NCBI GenBank assembly: GCA_951406725.2
Contig: OX597815.1
Location: 101,928,001-101,992,000 of the forward strand
Length of the DNA: 64,000 bases
Direction of reading: 5' to 3'
Origin: Octopus vulgaris
Taxonomy: Eukaryota
Numbering within the stretch: position 1 is the stretch's first letter; each line of letters starts with the position of its first letter. The position numbers and the translations under genes are program-made. Shown here piece after piece: positions 14,974 to 29,189 of the stretch. Under the pieces are notes generated by a model. It saw only the letters and a list, made by a program, of their open reading frames with translations, made no database searches and had not been told where the DNA came from.

Positions 14974-15185
14974 CACATATTAATATATGTATATGTATAT
15001 ATATATGTATATAAATACATACATACATATATGTATATATATATATATATATATATTCTCTATTTCTAAATTCGGTATGTGGTAAGGCAACTCGTTGCTA
15101 AACCCTTATTGCTTAGTATTACTTATATATATATATATATAGATATATAGATATATAGATAACAAGATAATTCATCTATCCATTT

Positions 15186-15270
<85 letters not shown>

Positions 15271-15378
15271 ATATATATATATATAATATATGTGTGTGTG
15301 CATGTGTGTATGCAGTGCGTGCATGTGTGTGTGTGTGTGTGTGTTTGCGCGCGTGTGTGTGCGTGTGAGAGAGAGAGA
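13994..15378. repeat. large (TATG)n/(CATA)n/(TA)n microsatellite complex
   Basis: Seen directly, with short unique interruptions. Confidence 0.9.
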
Positions 15379-16131
15379 TCTCCGAAATCATGTCGCTTCT
15401 CATCCGACAGAACTAAACTCTAGTGACCGTCCTACATTTTTTTCCCTATACATGTGATTTTTCTCTTTACTTCCCAAGTCAGTTTCTATTTAACCGACGC
15501 GTGATCAAAGACGTTCACGCTGTGACCAACCCTTTTCCCTTCTTCTTTTTGTTTTCTTCCTCTTTTTCCTTTACTTATTTATTTTCTTTTTTTTTTTCAG
15601 GACATGAACTACGACATCCAGTGTACCTTCTGTTTTCCTCTTTTTCAAAGACAGCAATGAGTAATTTGAGGGGAATGCTGTTACCATCTCTAGTGTATCG
15701 AGCGACCGGGTAGAGCTTCTCTCTTTAGATCATACTTTCTTCCTGTGTTTTTCCAGACATATATCTCTATAGTATGACTATTTTGTATGTCTATTGTTGA
15801 GCATGTCTCATTGATATATGGCTGAATAGTGTATATGTTCATAGTATTTGATTATTTACACAATGTATGTTTTCAGATCATGTGGTAATATATTGTATGG
15901 TTATGAAGTGTATATCTCTATGTGTCTTATTATATATATAAACAGCTTAATGTCTCGAAGTGGAATCGATACGATTCATAAAAAAAAAAACCAAAAAAAA
16001 AAAACAAACAAATTGCTTCAGTATCGAGAATAAAAAGTAAGGAAGAAAGAGTGACGGAGAGTAGAGAGAGAGGAACAGACAGAGAAGCAGACAGACAGAG
16101 GGAGAGGAAAGGAGACCTTGCGACTACTTAC

Positions 16132-16207
16132 CATTATGATGTAATTTTTCTAATAATTCTGAATGTAATTGGTCGATATAAAGAGTTGCTTCCCTTACCA
16201 CTTGTCT
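16132..16207 (-). CDS. Id/Emc-like HLH protein, second coding exon (helix 2)
   Basis: Acceptor ttttttctctttgtatatcgttgttacag|, 76 bp encoding RQVVREATLYIDQLHSELLEKLHHN+G, donor G|gtaagt. Phase 0 in and phase 1 out. Matches the HLH helix 2 pattern (K..IL..A..YI..L). Confidence 0.88.
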
Positions 16208-16414
16208 CTGTAACAACGATATACAAAGAGAAAAAAGATCATCATCATCGTCAACGACATGGGGACCGATTGATGTACATTGCAAACAATAGATTTAATA
16301 AATGATAACCAATTCGCATCTGCATTTCTGTTATATGTTTATGCATATAAAAGTGTGTATGTCGATGCGCATGTATTTAGCATTTTCTGCATATAGACAT
16401 ACACACATATATAA

Positions 16415-16453
<39 letters not shown>

Positions 16454-16501
16454 TGTAATTAAGTGTGTGTATATAACTGTGTGTGTATATGTATATGCGT
16501 A

Positions 16502-16705
16502 CAATGGAGTGCTGAAAAGTTCCTGGCTTTAAGGGTATCGCGAAAGGCTGTTTGCAGGCCCAAATTTCCGAGTTCTCAGAGAAACTGAAGGACCACTGCA
16601 ATAAGTGTGTGAATCTGAGAGGGGAATATGTTGAATAGAATCATAGTTAACCGATCCACCCGTATTTCTTTTACCCAAAGCCAAGAGTTTTTCAGCACCC
16701 TCTAG
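16502..16705 (+). mobile_element. mariner-derived MITE
   Basis: Imperfect ~28-bp TIRs (GTGCTGAAAAGTTCCTGGCTTT / AAAGCCAAGAGTTTTTCAGCAC) with TA on both sides. Internal EKLKDHCNKCVNLRGEYVE* (16579-16638) matches the mariner transposase C-terminus. Confidence 0.85.
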
Positions 16706-16782
16706 TATATATTCATATGTACACACATGGATGCGCGTCGCGCGCACACACACAAACACACAGATATATGTGTGTGTGTGTA

Positions 16783-16814
<32 letters not shown>

Positions 16815-16887
16815 TATCCTTCATAATAATGTTTTTACTAGTGAGATGTCTGAGATGTCTGTTGTCTCTGCACCAGTGAAATTGGAG

Positions 16888-16995
16888 GTTTTCTCAAAGT
16901 TACAGCTTGAGGGTAGAGATAGTCAGGAGTTCGTGTTGAATGATCCATTGGAAGTACTCTGACTTTGTACCCTGTCAGGGCTTACACTACTATGC
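16888..16995. repeat. 108-bp direct repeat, copy 1
   Basis: Differs from 18492-18598 by 5 substitutions and 1 indel. Followed by a (CATA)n array. Confidence 0.92.
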
Positions 16996-17205
16996 ACAGA
17001 GTAACAGCAGATTTCATATTCACATACATACATACATACATACATACATACATACATACATACATACATACGTACAAATATACTCTGTTGGTGTTGAAAT
17101 GCCAACGAAGGAGACTTGGATCTAGAGTAGAAACCGGCTCTTTCAGGTATTTCATGTTGGTTATGTTTTGTGACGTCCTATACCCATATATGCATGTATA
17201 TATGC

Positions 17206-17238
<33 letters not shown>

Positions 17239-17272
17239 TGTATGTATGTATGTATGCATGTATGTATGTATG

Positions 17273-17331
<59 letters not shown>

Positions 17332-17384
17332 GATTGAACGCCTCGCATCCATTTCCAAGTAAGTTTATCTATCTATCTATCTAC

Positions 17385-17511
<127 letters not shown>

Positions 17512-18133
17512 GTATGTATATATATACACATACAAATCAGTAGAAAATTGGATTTTGGGAATCAAGCGAAACCCGCTGTAAGCACTCCATCCGAGGAATC
17601 GATTCTCAGTTTATGCAGTTATTGTATTACGTCGTAATTTCACATGTCGCTGTATATGGACAATTACATTGTAAAAGAGTCACATTAGTTATTTAAGAAC
17701 AGAGAAAACTTTTGCATTAACTTTCCGTTTCTCTCTATATACTAATAGCCGATATAAATGTTGATTGATTGATTGATTGGTTGGTTGGTTGCTTGGCTGG
17801 CTGTTTGGTTATCTTCTCCAGTTACGCTTTTTAATAGTATTAGGAATAAAAGAAAGATGCAGAAAGAAGCAACATAAGAAGTTAAAATCAAGAGGAATAT
17901 TGGAATTGACAAGCATTGGTAGAATGTGGTAAAGATGACAAAAGCTACTTAGTCGATGGACTCCAAATTCACACGTACGCACGCAACAGACACACACACA
18001 CACACACACACACGCTAGTGTTTAAGTAGAAGGATAAACTTGATAATTGATAGAAGGTAAGGAAACTATAGGAACCAAAAAAAATAAAAAGAATTAAAAT
18101 AACAATGTCAACAAGTAGTGATAATGTTTGTAC

Positions 18134-18313
18134 CTTCGTCACTCGACGTCTGTTTGCTATTGTTGGAACCATTTCTTGTAACTGTCCGTATTCTGTTTGA
18201 ATTTGTTTCTTCTCTGTCGAAGATAATTTGTCTTTCTTTGGATAAAGGGAAACTGGTGCAGGGGAAAACATAGACCTTCCATTATTCTTGCAACTATATT
18301 TAAGTTTTTTCAT
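18134..18313 (-). CDS. Id/Emc-like HLH protein, first identifiable coding exon (N-terminus, helix 1, loop)
   Basis: Strong acceptor (ctaat...ttattttcttttgcag|ATG). The 180 bp encode MKKLKYSCKNNGRSMFSPAPVSLYPKKDKLSSTEKKQIQTEYGQLQEMVPTIANRRRVTK and end at a phase-0 donor AAG|gtacaa (weak intronic consensus). YGQLQEMVPTI..RRVTK matches the Id/Emc helix 1-loop pattern (YSKLKELVPTIP.NKKVSK). Confidence 0.85.
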
Positions 18314-18491
18314 CTGCAAAAGAAAATAATTTCAATTAGATTTAAATTAGGCGTTATATTCGGTATTTTGTATTGTTGTTAAGTTTGACCTAGCTCTAAT
18401 GGGCTAGCACTAATTTATACAACTTAATAGGAAAAAAAAAACCTTTAGGAGAGGGCTTTCCAATAAAAAATTGAAGTGACATACATTAGTA

Positions 18492-18598
18492 GTTTTCTCA
18501 AGTTACAGCTTGAGGGTGGAGATGGTCAGGAGTTCGTGTTGAATGATCCATTGGAAGAACACTGACTTTGTACCCTGTCAGGACTTACACTACTATGC
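18492..18598. repeat. 108-bp direct repeat, copy 2
   Basis: See copy 1. Followed by ATTCA(CATA)n. Confidence 0.92.
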
Positions 18599-19588
18599 CT
18601 ATTCACATACATACATACATACATACATACATACATACATACATACATACATACATACATACATACACACACATGCATACATACACTCATACACATTACA
18701 CACCTACATACATACAGATAAAGATCAGTGGACGGTCGAAGTACAATCGTGTGTATGTTTCGGATCAGCGCCCTCACGATTCCGTTAATAGGTGAGGGCC
18801 CAAGACAATACAAGACAAGAAACTGTCGAGTAGAGATACAATAGTAAGATCGTAATAACGTCACAGAATATGTTAGAAAAAAAGTCACATTCACAAAAGA
18901 AATATTATGAAATGTTGATGAATCTTAAAATTTAATAGGACAAAAACGAGTCTATATGTAAATTTTTTCATCTTAAGTCTCAAGCTTTGTTTTACTTTTA
19001 AATATCAACAGTCAATGCTCATTAACAGCGCAGATTAAGATATCTGAGGTTAAACTTTTCAGTTCAATTTGAGAAAATTGACAGAAATAAAAAGTAAGAC
19101 TATTTCATTTAAGAAGTCTGCATTGCAACAACGTAATTTCACTGTGCTGAAGAAACTTGTGCTGAATTTTGGACAAGTTTCTTCAACAACAGATTAACGA
19201 TAATTAGAACATTCTGGATAGAAGGCGGAAACTACGTGAAAGCCCGTTATGTGTGAAGAAATATCTAGGTATATATGAGTGTGTTTGTATATGTGCATGT
19301 GTCTGTGTTTGTGTGTTTAACAGGGGTTTTTTTTAACTAATACATCCGAAAAGAAATGGATTTTCGTATTTAAGTCCGTCCGACTGAATTATCTTTCATA
19401 CGCCAGTACTGACTTTATATTGCCAGAAGTAAGTGCCAGACAAAGTACTGGGGCTGGTATAACCAACAAACTTTCCTGACGATGATGGCTCGAAATAATC
19501 GTATTCAAAGAATACAAAGGTGAATATAGATATTAAAATATGACTCGAATGTCCATAGTTGTTCGGTGGTTGTCAGTATATTCAATAT

Positions 19589-19893
19589 CACGTGATCACG
19601 TGACCGACCAGACCATTAGATGTTGCTACACATCGCTGGTCACAATGCGTTCGCATTGTTTTAGCCTTCGAATGACGCCACCCCGCTGGCTAAGCGAGCA
19701 GGCCAACAGACGAAAGAGTGAGAGAAAGAGTGGTGAAAGAGTACAGCAGGGATCACCAACCCCTGCCGGAGCGTCGTGGAGCTTTTAGGTGTTTTCGCTC
19801 AATAAACACACACAACGCCCGGTCTGGGAATCGAAACCGCGATCCTACGACCGCGAGTCCGCTGCCCTAATCACTGGGCCATTGCGCCTCCAC
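19589..19893 (-). mobile_element. tRNA-derived SINE family 3, intact copy with TSD
   Basis: GTGGAGGCGCAATGGCCCAGTGATTAGG head and GGTTTCGATTCCC B-box. 12-bp TSD TATATTCAATAT (19577-19588, 19894-19905). Related decayed heads at about 22309, 37320, 57237 and 60450(-). Confidence 0.9.
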
Positions 19894-21080
19894 TATATTC
19901 AATATATGGAACGTTAAATATTCGAAAATAGAAACTATACATTAAATAAAAAAAAGAAGTATATATTGATAACTGATGATATTTTTTTATTAAATTTTAT
20001 GGCAAGACTGAGACATCGTCAAAGATATTTCTACTTTATTTTGGAATCATCAGCGAAGTAAAGCCTACTCTACATTGCTGAATCAGCTGCAAGGAAATCT
20101 TCATGTAAATATATAGATATATCTATTTGCTACAGTGAGAAATAGAACTGTTTAGAAATTAAAACAATTCTGCAACTGGCAGAATCATTCTCACGCCGGA
20201 TCAAATGCGTAACGGCATTTCTTCTGGTTCTTTGGGTTCCAGGTTCAAATTCTGCCGTGGTCGACTTTGTCATTCATCCACTCAGAGGCGATAAAATAAA
20301 TATCAGTTCATCACTGAAGTCAAGGTAATCGGTTTCCTGCTTCCCTCAAACTTGCAGGCTTCGTGCCATAATTAGAAAGAAATAATTCTGCAACGTCAGC
20401 ATTGTTTAGCTCTATATGTCAACTGGGGTTTTTTTGGGGGGGGGGCTTCTTTTCTCTACGTGCTTTCCACATAAGGCAAAAAGCCATAATCCTTTGTTCT
20501 ATTTTAAATTTAGCTACTGCTTTAACAAATTCTGTTACGATATTCCATCCCATTATCAGCCAGCTTTCACATATAATACATTATAAGATGTGACTACATA
20601 TCGTGCTGTTACCACTGTTGGATACCTTTATTCTTCTTTCGAATGATTTCTATTTTTCCTTGTATACTTCATCCACCGACTAACCCAGCACCAATCAACG
20701 ACCAAGAAATAATACTAACCGATCTTACACCGAAGAAACACAACTCGTACTTATAAAGTAACTTCGCAGCTAATTAATATCTGTAAACATCTATTCCCAC
20801 TTTCGTCCAGTCTCTTCTTCCTCTCAATTTATTATAAAACTTACACGAAAAACGTGTAATTGATAATGTGCCAACTTCAAACAATGATTACTGCAAATTC
20901 TTACGTAAGCTTCGATCAATAACTGATGTTCAAAACCAATTAATTATTGCAGGAGTTACTATAACTCATCATATGTAAAGTTCTCACGGTTAGTCCTGAA
21001 GGGTTGTAATTAAAGTTCAATAAAAAGAATAGGAAGCCGTCTCAACTAAACAATCCAGTAACAATCTTCCTTGTGGTCAC

Positions 21081-21163
21081 CTGACCAGTTCACACCAGCG
21101 ACTGGCTAGATCAGCCGCTTCTATATCCCCTGACCAATTTGGTGCAACAGTTAAAGTGTTATT
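21081..21163 (-). other. candidate 5' UTR exon of the HLH gene
   Basis: Strong acceptor ttttttctcccttttctctcacag|. The first plausible donor is CAG|gtgacc; the 3' edge is uncertain. Confidence 0.3.
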
Positions 21164-21510
21164 CTGTGAGAGAAAAGGGAGAAAAAAACAAAGCCCCAAC
21201 ATTGTTGGATTCTATGCGTACAGCCTTGTAAATATATGTTCGTGCACTTTAGATAGGTAAACAAGAAAAACCAGGTTAAAGCTTAGTGTCATTGTACGGA
21301 AAAAAATTCACTTATACACAAATGTATACAAACGTGTGAATATGTATGTATGTGTAAGTACATAACATGTTATATCTATTAGAGCATATGTAAGCCCCCC
21401 CTCTCTCTCTTCCTCTCTTTTTCTTTCTATCTCAGTCTCTTTCTCTCTAAACATGCATACATGCATATATACAGTATATATATATATACACACACACACA
21501 TACATACACG

Positions 21511-21551
<41 letters not shown>

Positions 21552-23664
21552 TCACACACATATATATAAAATGGACAATAAAACATTCGGACGGATAGAC
21601 GATACAGAGGTGGACGTGATAAACAACAGTTTGAAGGACAGGGTAAAAAAAAGACTGGTCATTCGTGGCTTTCTTTCTTCTGTCAAGTTTCCAGATGTCC
21701 TTACTGTTTCGAGCAGATACACTTGATTTACATACACATATACATATATATAGTTACATACCTCTCATGTATATATACATATATACACAGTTACATATCT
21801 CTCATATACATACACGCACACATACACGCACACATACACAAATACACACACACACACACACGCACATATGTACACACTCACATACACTCCTACATGTATA
21901 TTTTTGAGCATATTTGTGCCTATATTCATAGGAAACAAATTCACATTTGATATATCTGAAGCTAATATATCTGAAATATCTAATATATATATGCATGTAA
22001 TAAAGGCCTGTAAGTTGAGGGAAGGATACAAGCGATTAAATCGTCCTTAATACTTTATCGATCTTCGGATGTGGGAAAGGTAAAGCTGATTACAACAGGA
22101 TCTGAACTAAATATTACACGGCATTTTGTCCGATGATTTAAGGATGCAGCAATCCGCTGCCTTTCGGCTGTAAGTTGGTACTAAATGCTTCACTGATACT
22201 AATAGATTGATACTGGCATCAATGAAAATGGTAAAAATACAAATCATGGTAAATATTTTTACTTACTTTCTTTGTAATTTATTATAAAATCAATCTAATT
22301 ATTAGGTTGTGGAGGTGCATAGCCTAGTGGTTAGGATGTTGTACTCATGGTCGTAAGATTGTGGTTTCGTTCGTAGACCGTTCTGATCTTGAGTAAAACC
22401 CTTTCATGTTGCTCTAGTCTACTCAGCTGGTAAAAATGACTAACTATGCGACGGACCGGCGTCTCCTCCAGAAGGAATGATATATACGCCACAGGGAAAC
22501 CAGCATTGTGAGCCTATGGCTCGGGAAGGACCTTTGATCCTCTTTTTTTATTATTTGAATTATTAAATAGCTGTTTGCTAAGCGGTTTCGAAAACTATTG
22601 AATGATTCCATACTAGATGTTGCTCAGCCCCAGGCACGACCCGATCGAGCAAACTGATTATCAACAATGTTCCAATCGTCCTCATCTTGGCTATTCTTTT
22701 TTCTTTTCAAACTTACCCATCACTTTTTAAGAGAATTGAGAATTTTAAGAGATCTGAGGGAGAATTGGGTACGATGTCTAGCAGGGCTTAACGATCGTGT
22801 CAAGGTCCATAAGTTCGTTGATTGTTATGCCTAGGTGAATTGGACGATGTAAACAACTGAGGCAAAAACCAGATGTGTGCGAAATCAAGATGTATTACAC
22901 AATGTAACTTTGTCTATTTCTTTTTTATTTTGAATTCAAATCTTAGCGATGTCATTTTAGTTTTTATCCTCCCCTGGGTCGAAGAAATTAGGCACAGTCA
23001 AAAGTACAGGAGGAGGCTGTGCTAACTACCCTTGCCCATGCTGGGACAATACTTACAAAGGTTTTTATCGGTAATATCAACCACTTGGTATAACGAAGGC
23101 TATAGTGGGGCGACAAAATCGGTGGAGACGTCATCAGCAAAGGTGGTTTTGTAAGTAATTTTTCACTTAACACACTCACACACGTACACACACGTACACC
23201 CACACATGCGCGCGCGCTGGCGCACGTACGCATGTATTCAGAAAGATTCATACGCATAAGAGGAAGGCATTGTTAAGTTTGATATGAACATAGAAAAGGA
23301 ATGCAAGGGGAAATAACGGAAAAAGTAATGATAGAAAGGATGGAATACGGTGAGATATGGAGTGAAAGCGATTGGAAGAAGAAGAGTAAAAGAGAGGATA
23401 AAATACAGAAAAAGAGAAGAGAGAAAAGGAGAGAGAGAGAGGGGGGGTGGAAAGAGAGGGGGAAAGAAAGAGGGGGAAGAGAAAAGGGAGAAAGAGAGTG
23501 GAAAGGAGAAGGTGAAAGGGGTGGAGACAGGGAGATAATGCAGTAAGTGTTGTGGTGGAGCTAATAGAGAATTTTGGGAAATCTCAACTGTTTTACTTGT
23601 AAAACCATCTGGCAGTTTACAACAATATTGCAGAAAAACGATTCTGGGCATCATAAAGGTCAAA

Positions 23665-23707
<43 letters not shown>

Positions 23708-23714
<7 letters not shown>

Positions 23715-24035
23715 CACAATACATGCATACTTACAATCACAAGCACACACATATGGATACACACATATGGACACACGCAGTCTACACTCACTGACATATA
23801 ATCAAACACGCACGTGCACGCATATACATACCCACAACTACACACACACACACACACACACGCACGCACGCAATACATTCACACACACAGACACAGGCAC
23901 AATACATGCATACTTACAATCACAAGCACACACATATGGACACACGCAGTCTACACTCACTGACATATAATCAAACACACTCGCAAACACGCACGTACAC
24001 GCATATACATACCCACAACTACACACACACACACA
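23708..24035. repeat. tandem duplication (~183-bp period) of a CA-rich unit
   Basis: CACAGGCACAATACATGCATACTTACAATCACAAGC...GCAGTCTACACTCACTGACATATAATCAAACAC...ACCCACAACTACAC occurs twice. Confidence 0.85.
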
Positions 24036-24264
24036 CATATGTATGTATATATATGTATATACATGTACACAGACACAAACAAATATATACTCACATTCAA
24101 TAGATATTGCCACACAAACAAATATGTAAACACAAAATCTCCCGCGAAGAATCACACAAATGAAAGTACACATGAATATAAGAACGTAAGATCACACACA
24201 TTCGCATACCTTCTGTCTCTGTTTATCAGCTTGCTTATTCACATCTGTTTGTCTGTATCTCACC

Positions 24265-24302
<38 letters not shown>

Positions 24303-24943
24303 ACATGCACTTAGTCACCAAACATACAAGGTTATTGATATAAAGCCGTACATACATATAGACATATACAACACTCACAAACAAATACGTACAGATATGA
24401 AGCAATGACGGAGACAAAGTGAAAGAAGGAGCCTATATGAGGTCATCAGAACTGCTAGAAACAGCAACCAAATATCCCGAAAAGTGGATAAATTGGATAA
24501 TATGGTCCTGAGTTCGCTCCACATGGGGTAAAGGAAAGATGGCCACGGTTGGTATGGCTCAACTACTCGGTAAGGGTTGAGCAACACCGAGGATGCTTAT
24601 GCTTCGTCACTTATGTAATGCGTTTTCTACATATTCCTAAAAAGATGTTGTGGTCACGGCTGGAATGCCTTTGGCTTTAGGTCTACTTAGTCAAAATCTA
24701 GCACCCAAAAATCAATAACACACACACGCACATGCGAATACGTGCACACGAGTAAAATGGCGATCAGTTAGATGATGGCTGAGAGAAGATCGGTCTCCAT
24801 CGTAAATACAAATACACGTATGCAATGTAGTGAGTGGGAAATCTTCGTTTAGTTGAGATTATCCAAGTGATTAGTAGGCAAATTGAGGAAGACTTCAAAG
24901 AAGGGAGATAACAGCAATACAGTCAGTTGATTGAAAATTCTAC

Positions 24944-25447
24944 CAATGATAGCAACTGAAGGGTACTTATTAAAATGTAAACAAGCATATTTACAAAATG
25001 GTTATACTTTTTGACAGTTCGACAATAGTTAAAGTATCAACAAAGCGTGGGTTTTGAAGAGTCAACTATCATAGATTCATATTCATATTAGCCTCACTGT
25101 GAAATTTGACCTACGAGGGCACTGACGTAGTTCAAACTAAAGGTTGAACCAACTGGTTTCATTATTCAGAAATTCAAGATTCATTGACCTTTTCCTTCTA
25201 ACTACCGATGAGTGAAACTAATACATATACATCTCTGTGAAATTAGCCCTCATATGTCAAATTTCACAACGAGACCTAAACATATGATTATGATCCCATA
25301 AGTTTGACTATTCATATAGCACGCAGTATTGATACTCTATTAACTATTGTCGAGCTGTCAAACTTTACACTATTATATATAAATGAATTTATGACCACCG
25401 CATTTTACATTTACATTTTAATAAGTAGCTTTCAGTTACTATCACTG
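24944..25447. repeat. degenerate fold-back/MITE with ~180-bp arms
   Basis: Paired blocks: GATAGCAACTGAAGGGTACTTATTAAAATGTAAA vs TTTACATTTTAATAAGTAGCTTTCAGTTACTATC; TTGACAGTTCGACAATAGTTAA vs TTAACTATTGTCGAGCTGTCAA; GTGAAATTTGAC..GAGGGC vs GCCCTC..GTCAAATTTCAC. Confidence 0.8.
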
Positions 25448-26059
25448 ATTATTTGAGAAAGGGAAGACAACAAATCCTTGTGAATACTTCAATAACAATG
25501 AAACTGGGCGGCTGATATTAATAATGTAACGGTTGCAGAGACCCTCGTGGGTTTAATTTCACAGTCAAACTGATTACATAGAGAAATGTGACAAATATTT
25601 ATCTAAGACGTTCTATTGATATTGTTTCTGATACAGATAGTACTCAAATTTCCCTTATAAGAAGAAAGTTATACTTGGATAATGAGTTTCAGAAATTTTA
25701 TGTCTAAAAAGAGTTCGGGCATGTATTTAATCATAATTTTGTAGCTGTCATAGGCCTTGGTAACAGATCGGTCTATGGGAGTAACCTATCTAATCAGCAA
25801 TTGGCCTGTGATGACATGTAGGTTTTCAATAGGGTACTGGCATATTGAGACTTTCACCCAGTACTTTATATTGGCACACTATTGATTATATTACAATTGA
25901 TTATATTAAATTAGTATGTCGCTGAGATACTAAAAATGTTGCACAACTATGGATTTTTAAAAGTGAACTCAGGTCACAGTAGAATACCAAGACCTTTTGA
26001 GTTTAAATCCAGCCAGTATTTCTGTTGCTTTTCACCTATGCGCATAATGGTGTGTGTGA

Positions 26060-26167
<108 letters not shown>

Positions 26168-28438
26168 TATACAGAGACAGAGAAAGAAAATGGGGTTTCA
26201 AAAAAGAGAAAAGAGATGGAGAATAAAGAGAAAGTAAAACAATGTATAATCTGTCAAATGTTCCTCGTGTGCCTGGCGAAATTCGATTTCAACATATTTA
26301 GAGTGAAAGGAACAAACGGAATAATTATACTGGACTTATTTTGACTAGTGGAATATTTTGTGATCTGGAAGGTTTAATTGATATTCAGTTGGTGCATAAA
26401 TAACAGGATCAATTCCAGACATTACACAATATGCCATTTTATTGTATATTTATAATACTGCATGCACACACTCTGCATGTTCATATTGTTATAGTAAACA
26501 GTGGCAAAGATTCTCATAGCAAAGAGTTACAATTTCTCCTCTTTGATACTTATACCGCAATTCCGTTTATCCGGCAAGCTGCGTATCTCTTTTCCTCAAA
26601 CCACTCGATATACATATCTTCCCCTTCTCACTCTCCCCTCCCCAACACTCCTCTCATAATCTTTGCTGTGTATCATCTTTCCATATTAAGTATTTTACAA
26701 TATTTTATTCCCAGATATTTCCCTCTGAAATTTCCGTATCTGATCTGGCTTTTTTTCTTACCGAGTTCGAATAACAGAAGTTGAGACTGAACATATTCAA
26801 TCAATATCGATCTTTCTGGTTTATGAAATTCTGCAAATGTGGTCATGGATCACTGCTCCGCCATCGTGAAAGTAAGTAATAATAAGCAAAGTTTGGTTTG
26901 TAGAGATTTCGTCTTTGTCTACCTTTCTGAGTAATTCTCTACCGTTCACGAGTATGATAACTACAAGAGGAAGTTGAACTTAGTATAGCAAACTAACAAA
27001 GCAGTTAACCATTTTACAAACTCTATGGAGCAAATGTTGCTTACAGCTGTAAATTGCAATGCACAGTAGTTATTGCTTGCAATTAGGTGTTGACTGTTAA
27101 CTTTCATCACAAAGGACGCATGGTAGTGTAGATGAAAGGATACCTGTGACCCTTCCCCGTTTACGACGATTATATACTACAGCGTAGTTCATTAAAAACC
27201 CTTCAATATTTCCTGACTATCACACCTCGATACTTTATTCATCAACGCATGGAGGAGTCAATAGAGATGGAGGTACATTCTCACCGAGTGGATAACTCTA
27301 TAAAGTTTCAATTCCAAAATAAAACAAATATGAATTTAAAAAATATGTAAATGAAACTAGCACAATTAACGTTTGTGAGGAAGGAGTGGCATGAATGTTA
27401 TATAATCTCATATCCGTCTCTTATAAATCTAGTGACTTTGTGCTTATGTAACATAGCAAAACAATATAAAAGTTTTAACGTCATCTGTCTTTTATTCTGT
27501 CAGTCTATTTACCAATGGGAAAAGACTGACTGCAATGCATATATACATACATATATATACATACATACATGCATGCATACATACACACACACACACACAC
27601 TCATATCCTACACATACATATATATAAAAATATATTGTTCAGAGAGCCCTGTGAGTTGAGTAGGCAGGTAGCAGGAAGGAGGGTCGTCGCTTGAACAAAG
27701 ATGGGAGGAGACAGAAATCTATGTGAATACCTACCGAGCAGCTGGTATCTTCACACAGCTCCTGCTGCATGTCTTGCAAGATGGAGATCTGACCAATTGT
27801 TCTTCAGTTCTATTTTTCTTTCTCTTTTCTTTTTCTTTTACTTTTTTTTTTTATATATGATTTGCAAAACTCTCTTCTAAACTGGCAATATCTAATTAAT
27901 TTCTGCTATTCTTTATTCCCTTTACAAGTTTAGATGTAAACGAACTCAATTCCGATCAGAGGCAGGGAGTTAATGTGTTTATTTCATGCAAAATATTCTT
28001 TAATTTCTCGCATTCGTCACTAGCTATTAACATAAATTTGTTTAGCGTTTTTGATTTTACTTTTGTAACTTGCTTTTCAGCTGGTTTTAGCTCTCATGGT
28101 CAAGGCCAAACTGTATTACCAGCTCCAAAACATAGAATGGGATAGAGTGTCAGAAATGATAGCGAACCGGAGTAAATACTTTGCGATATTTACTTACGTC
28201 CATTTACGCTCCGATCAGAACTCCGAGGAATAAAATTCCAGGAATGATCATTTCCTTTTTCTCCCCTCCACTTTTTCCTACACTTGTCCGTCCACTTTAA
28301 TGATAGTAGGGCGTGTTTTGAAGGAGATTTATTTGATGTTTGTGGCAGGTGGAATAGACGTATAAAGGATCCCGAAGAAATAAGCACTTAGTCAAATATT
28401 GGAGTAGATATAATTAACTTGAGTACCAATGTCAAATG

Positions 28439-28474
<36 letters not shown>

Positions 28475-28478
<4 letters not shown>

Positions 28479-28865
28479 AAAAACGCCCCCCCCCCCGTCC
28501 ATTGGACGGGGGTGAGTTATCAAACATTTAAACCAAATTTTCTCAAAACATCTTGTCCGACCATCCAATAGGCCTCCCCTTTGAGAAACACTGATTCAAC
28601 TTAAATTTGAGACACCGTGCATTTTTCTCGCGTACGCGTAGTATCGATCGCAACAGCTGATGTACTTGCGTATACAAATGCACGTTCCCACGGCTTTATC
28701 GATCGCATTCTCACCTGGAATCGATTTTCGTAATTTTTTCGAGGCTTACACACGCCCTAATACCATCCGTATCTACATATCAAATTTGAGCGCAATGGGA
28801 TGGAGGATGGCCGAGATCCTAGAAGACACACATACAGACAAACAGAACGGATTTTATATAATAGA
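28475..28865 (-). mobile_element. non-autonomous Helitron-like element
   Basis: - strand begins A|TCTATTATATAAAATC..TGTTTGTCTGT. It has a GC-rich subterminal hairpin CCCCCGTCCA-T-TGGACGGGGG (28492-28512) and ends CTTA|T, which is not a canonical CTRR. Confidence 0.55.
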
Positions 28866-28911
28866 TATATAGACATATATACATACATACATACATACAT
28901 ACATACATACA

Positions 28912-28943
<32 letters not shown>

Positions 28944-29055
28944 CATATGCACACATACACAAATAAACCTGTATTGCATTTATACACACGTATTAAATAT
29001 TACATGACTATCTATATCCATTCATCTATCTCTCAATCAATCAATCAATCAGTCA

Positions 29056-29128
<73 letters not shown>

Positions 29129-29152
29129 CCTGTCTGTCTGTCTGTATGTCTG

Positions 29153-29189
<37 letters not shown>

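Noticed and set aside
17095-17150. Hammerhead-like CCAACGAAG...GAAACCGG.TC
   Set aside because: Two core mismatches and no convincing stem II.
19820-19893. tRNA gene
   Set aside because: The tRNA-like head continues into a SINE body and is bounded by a TSD.
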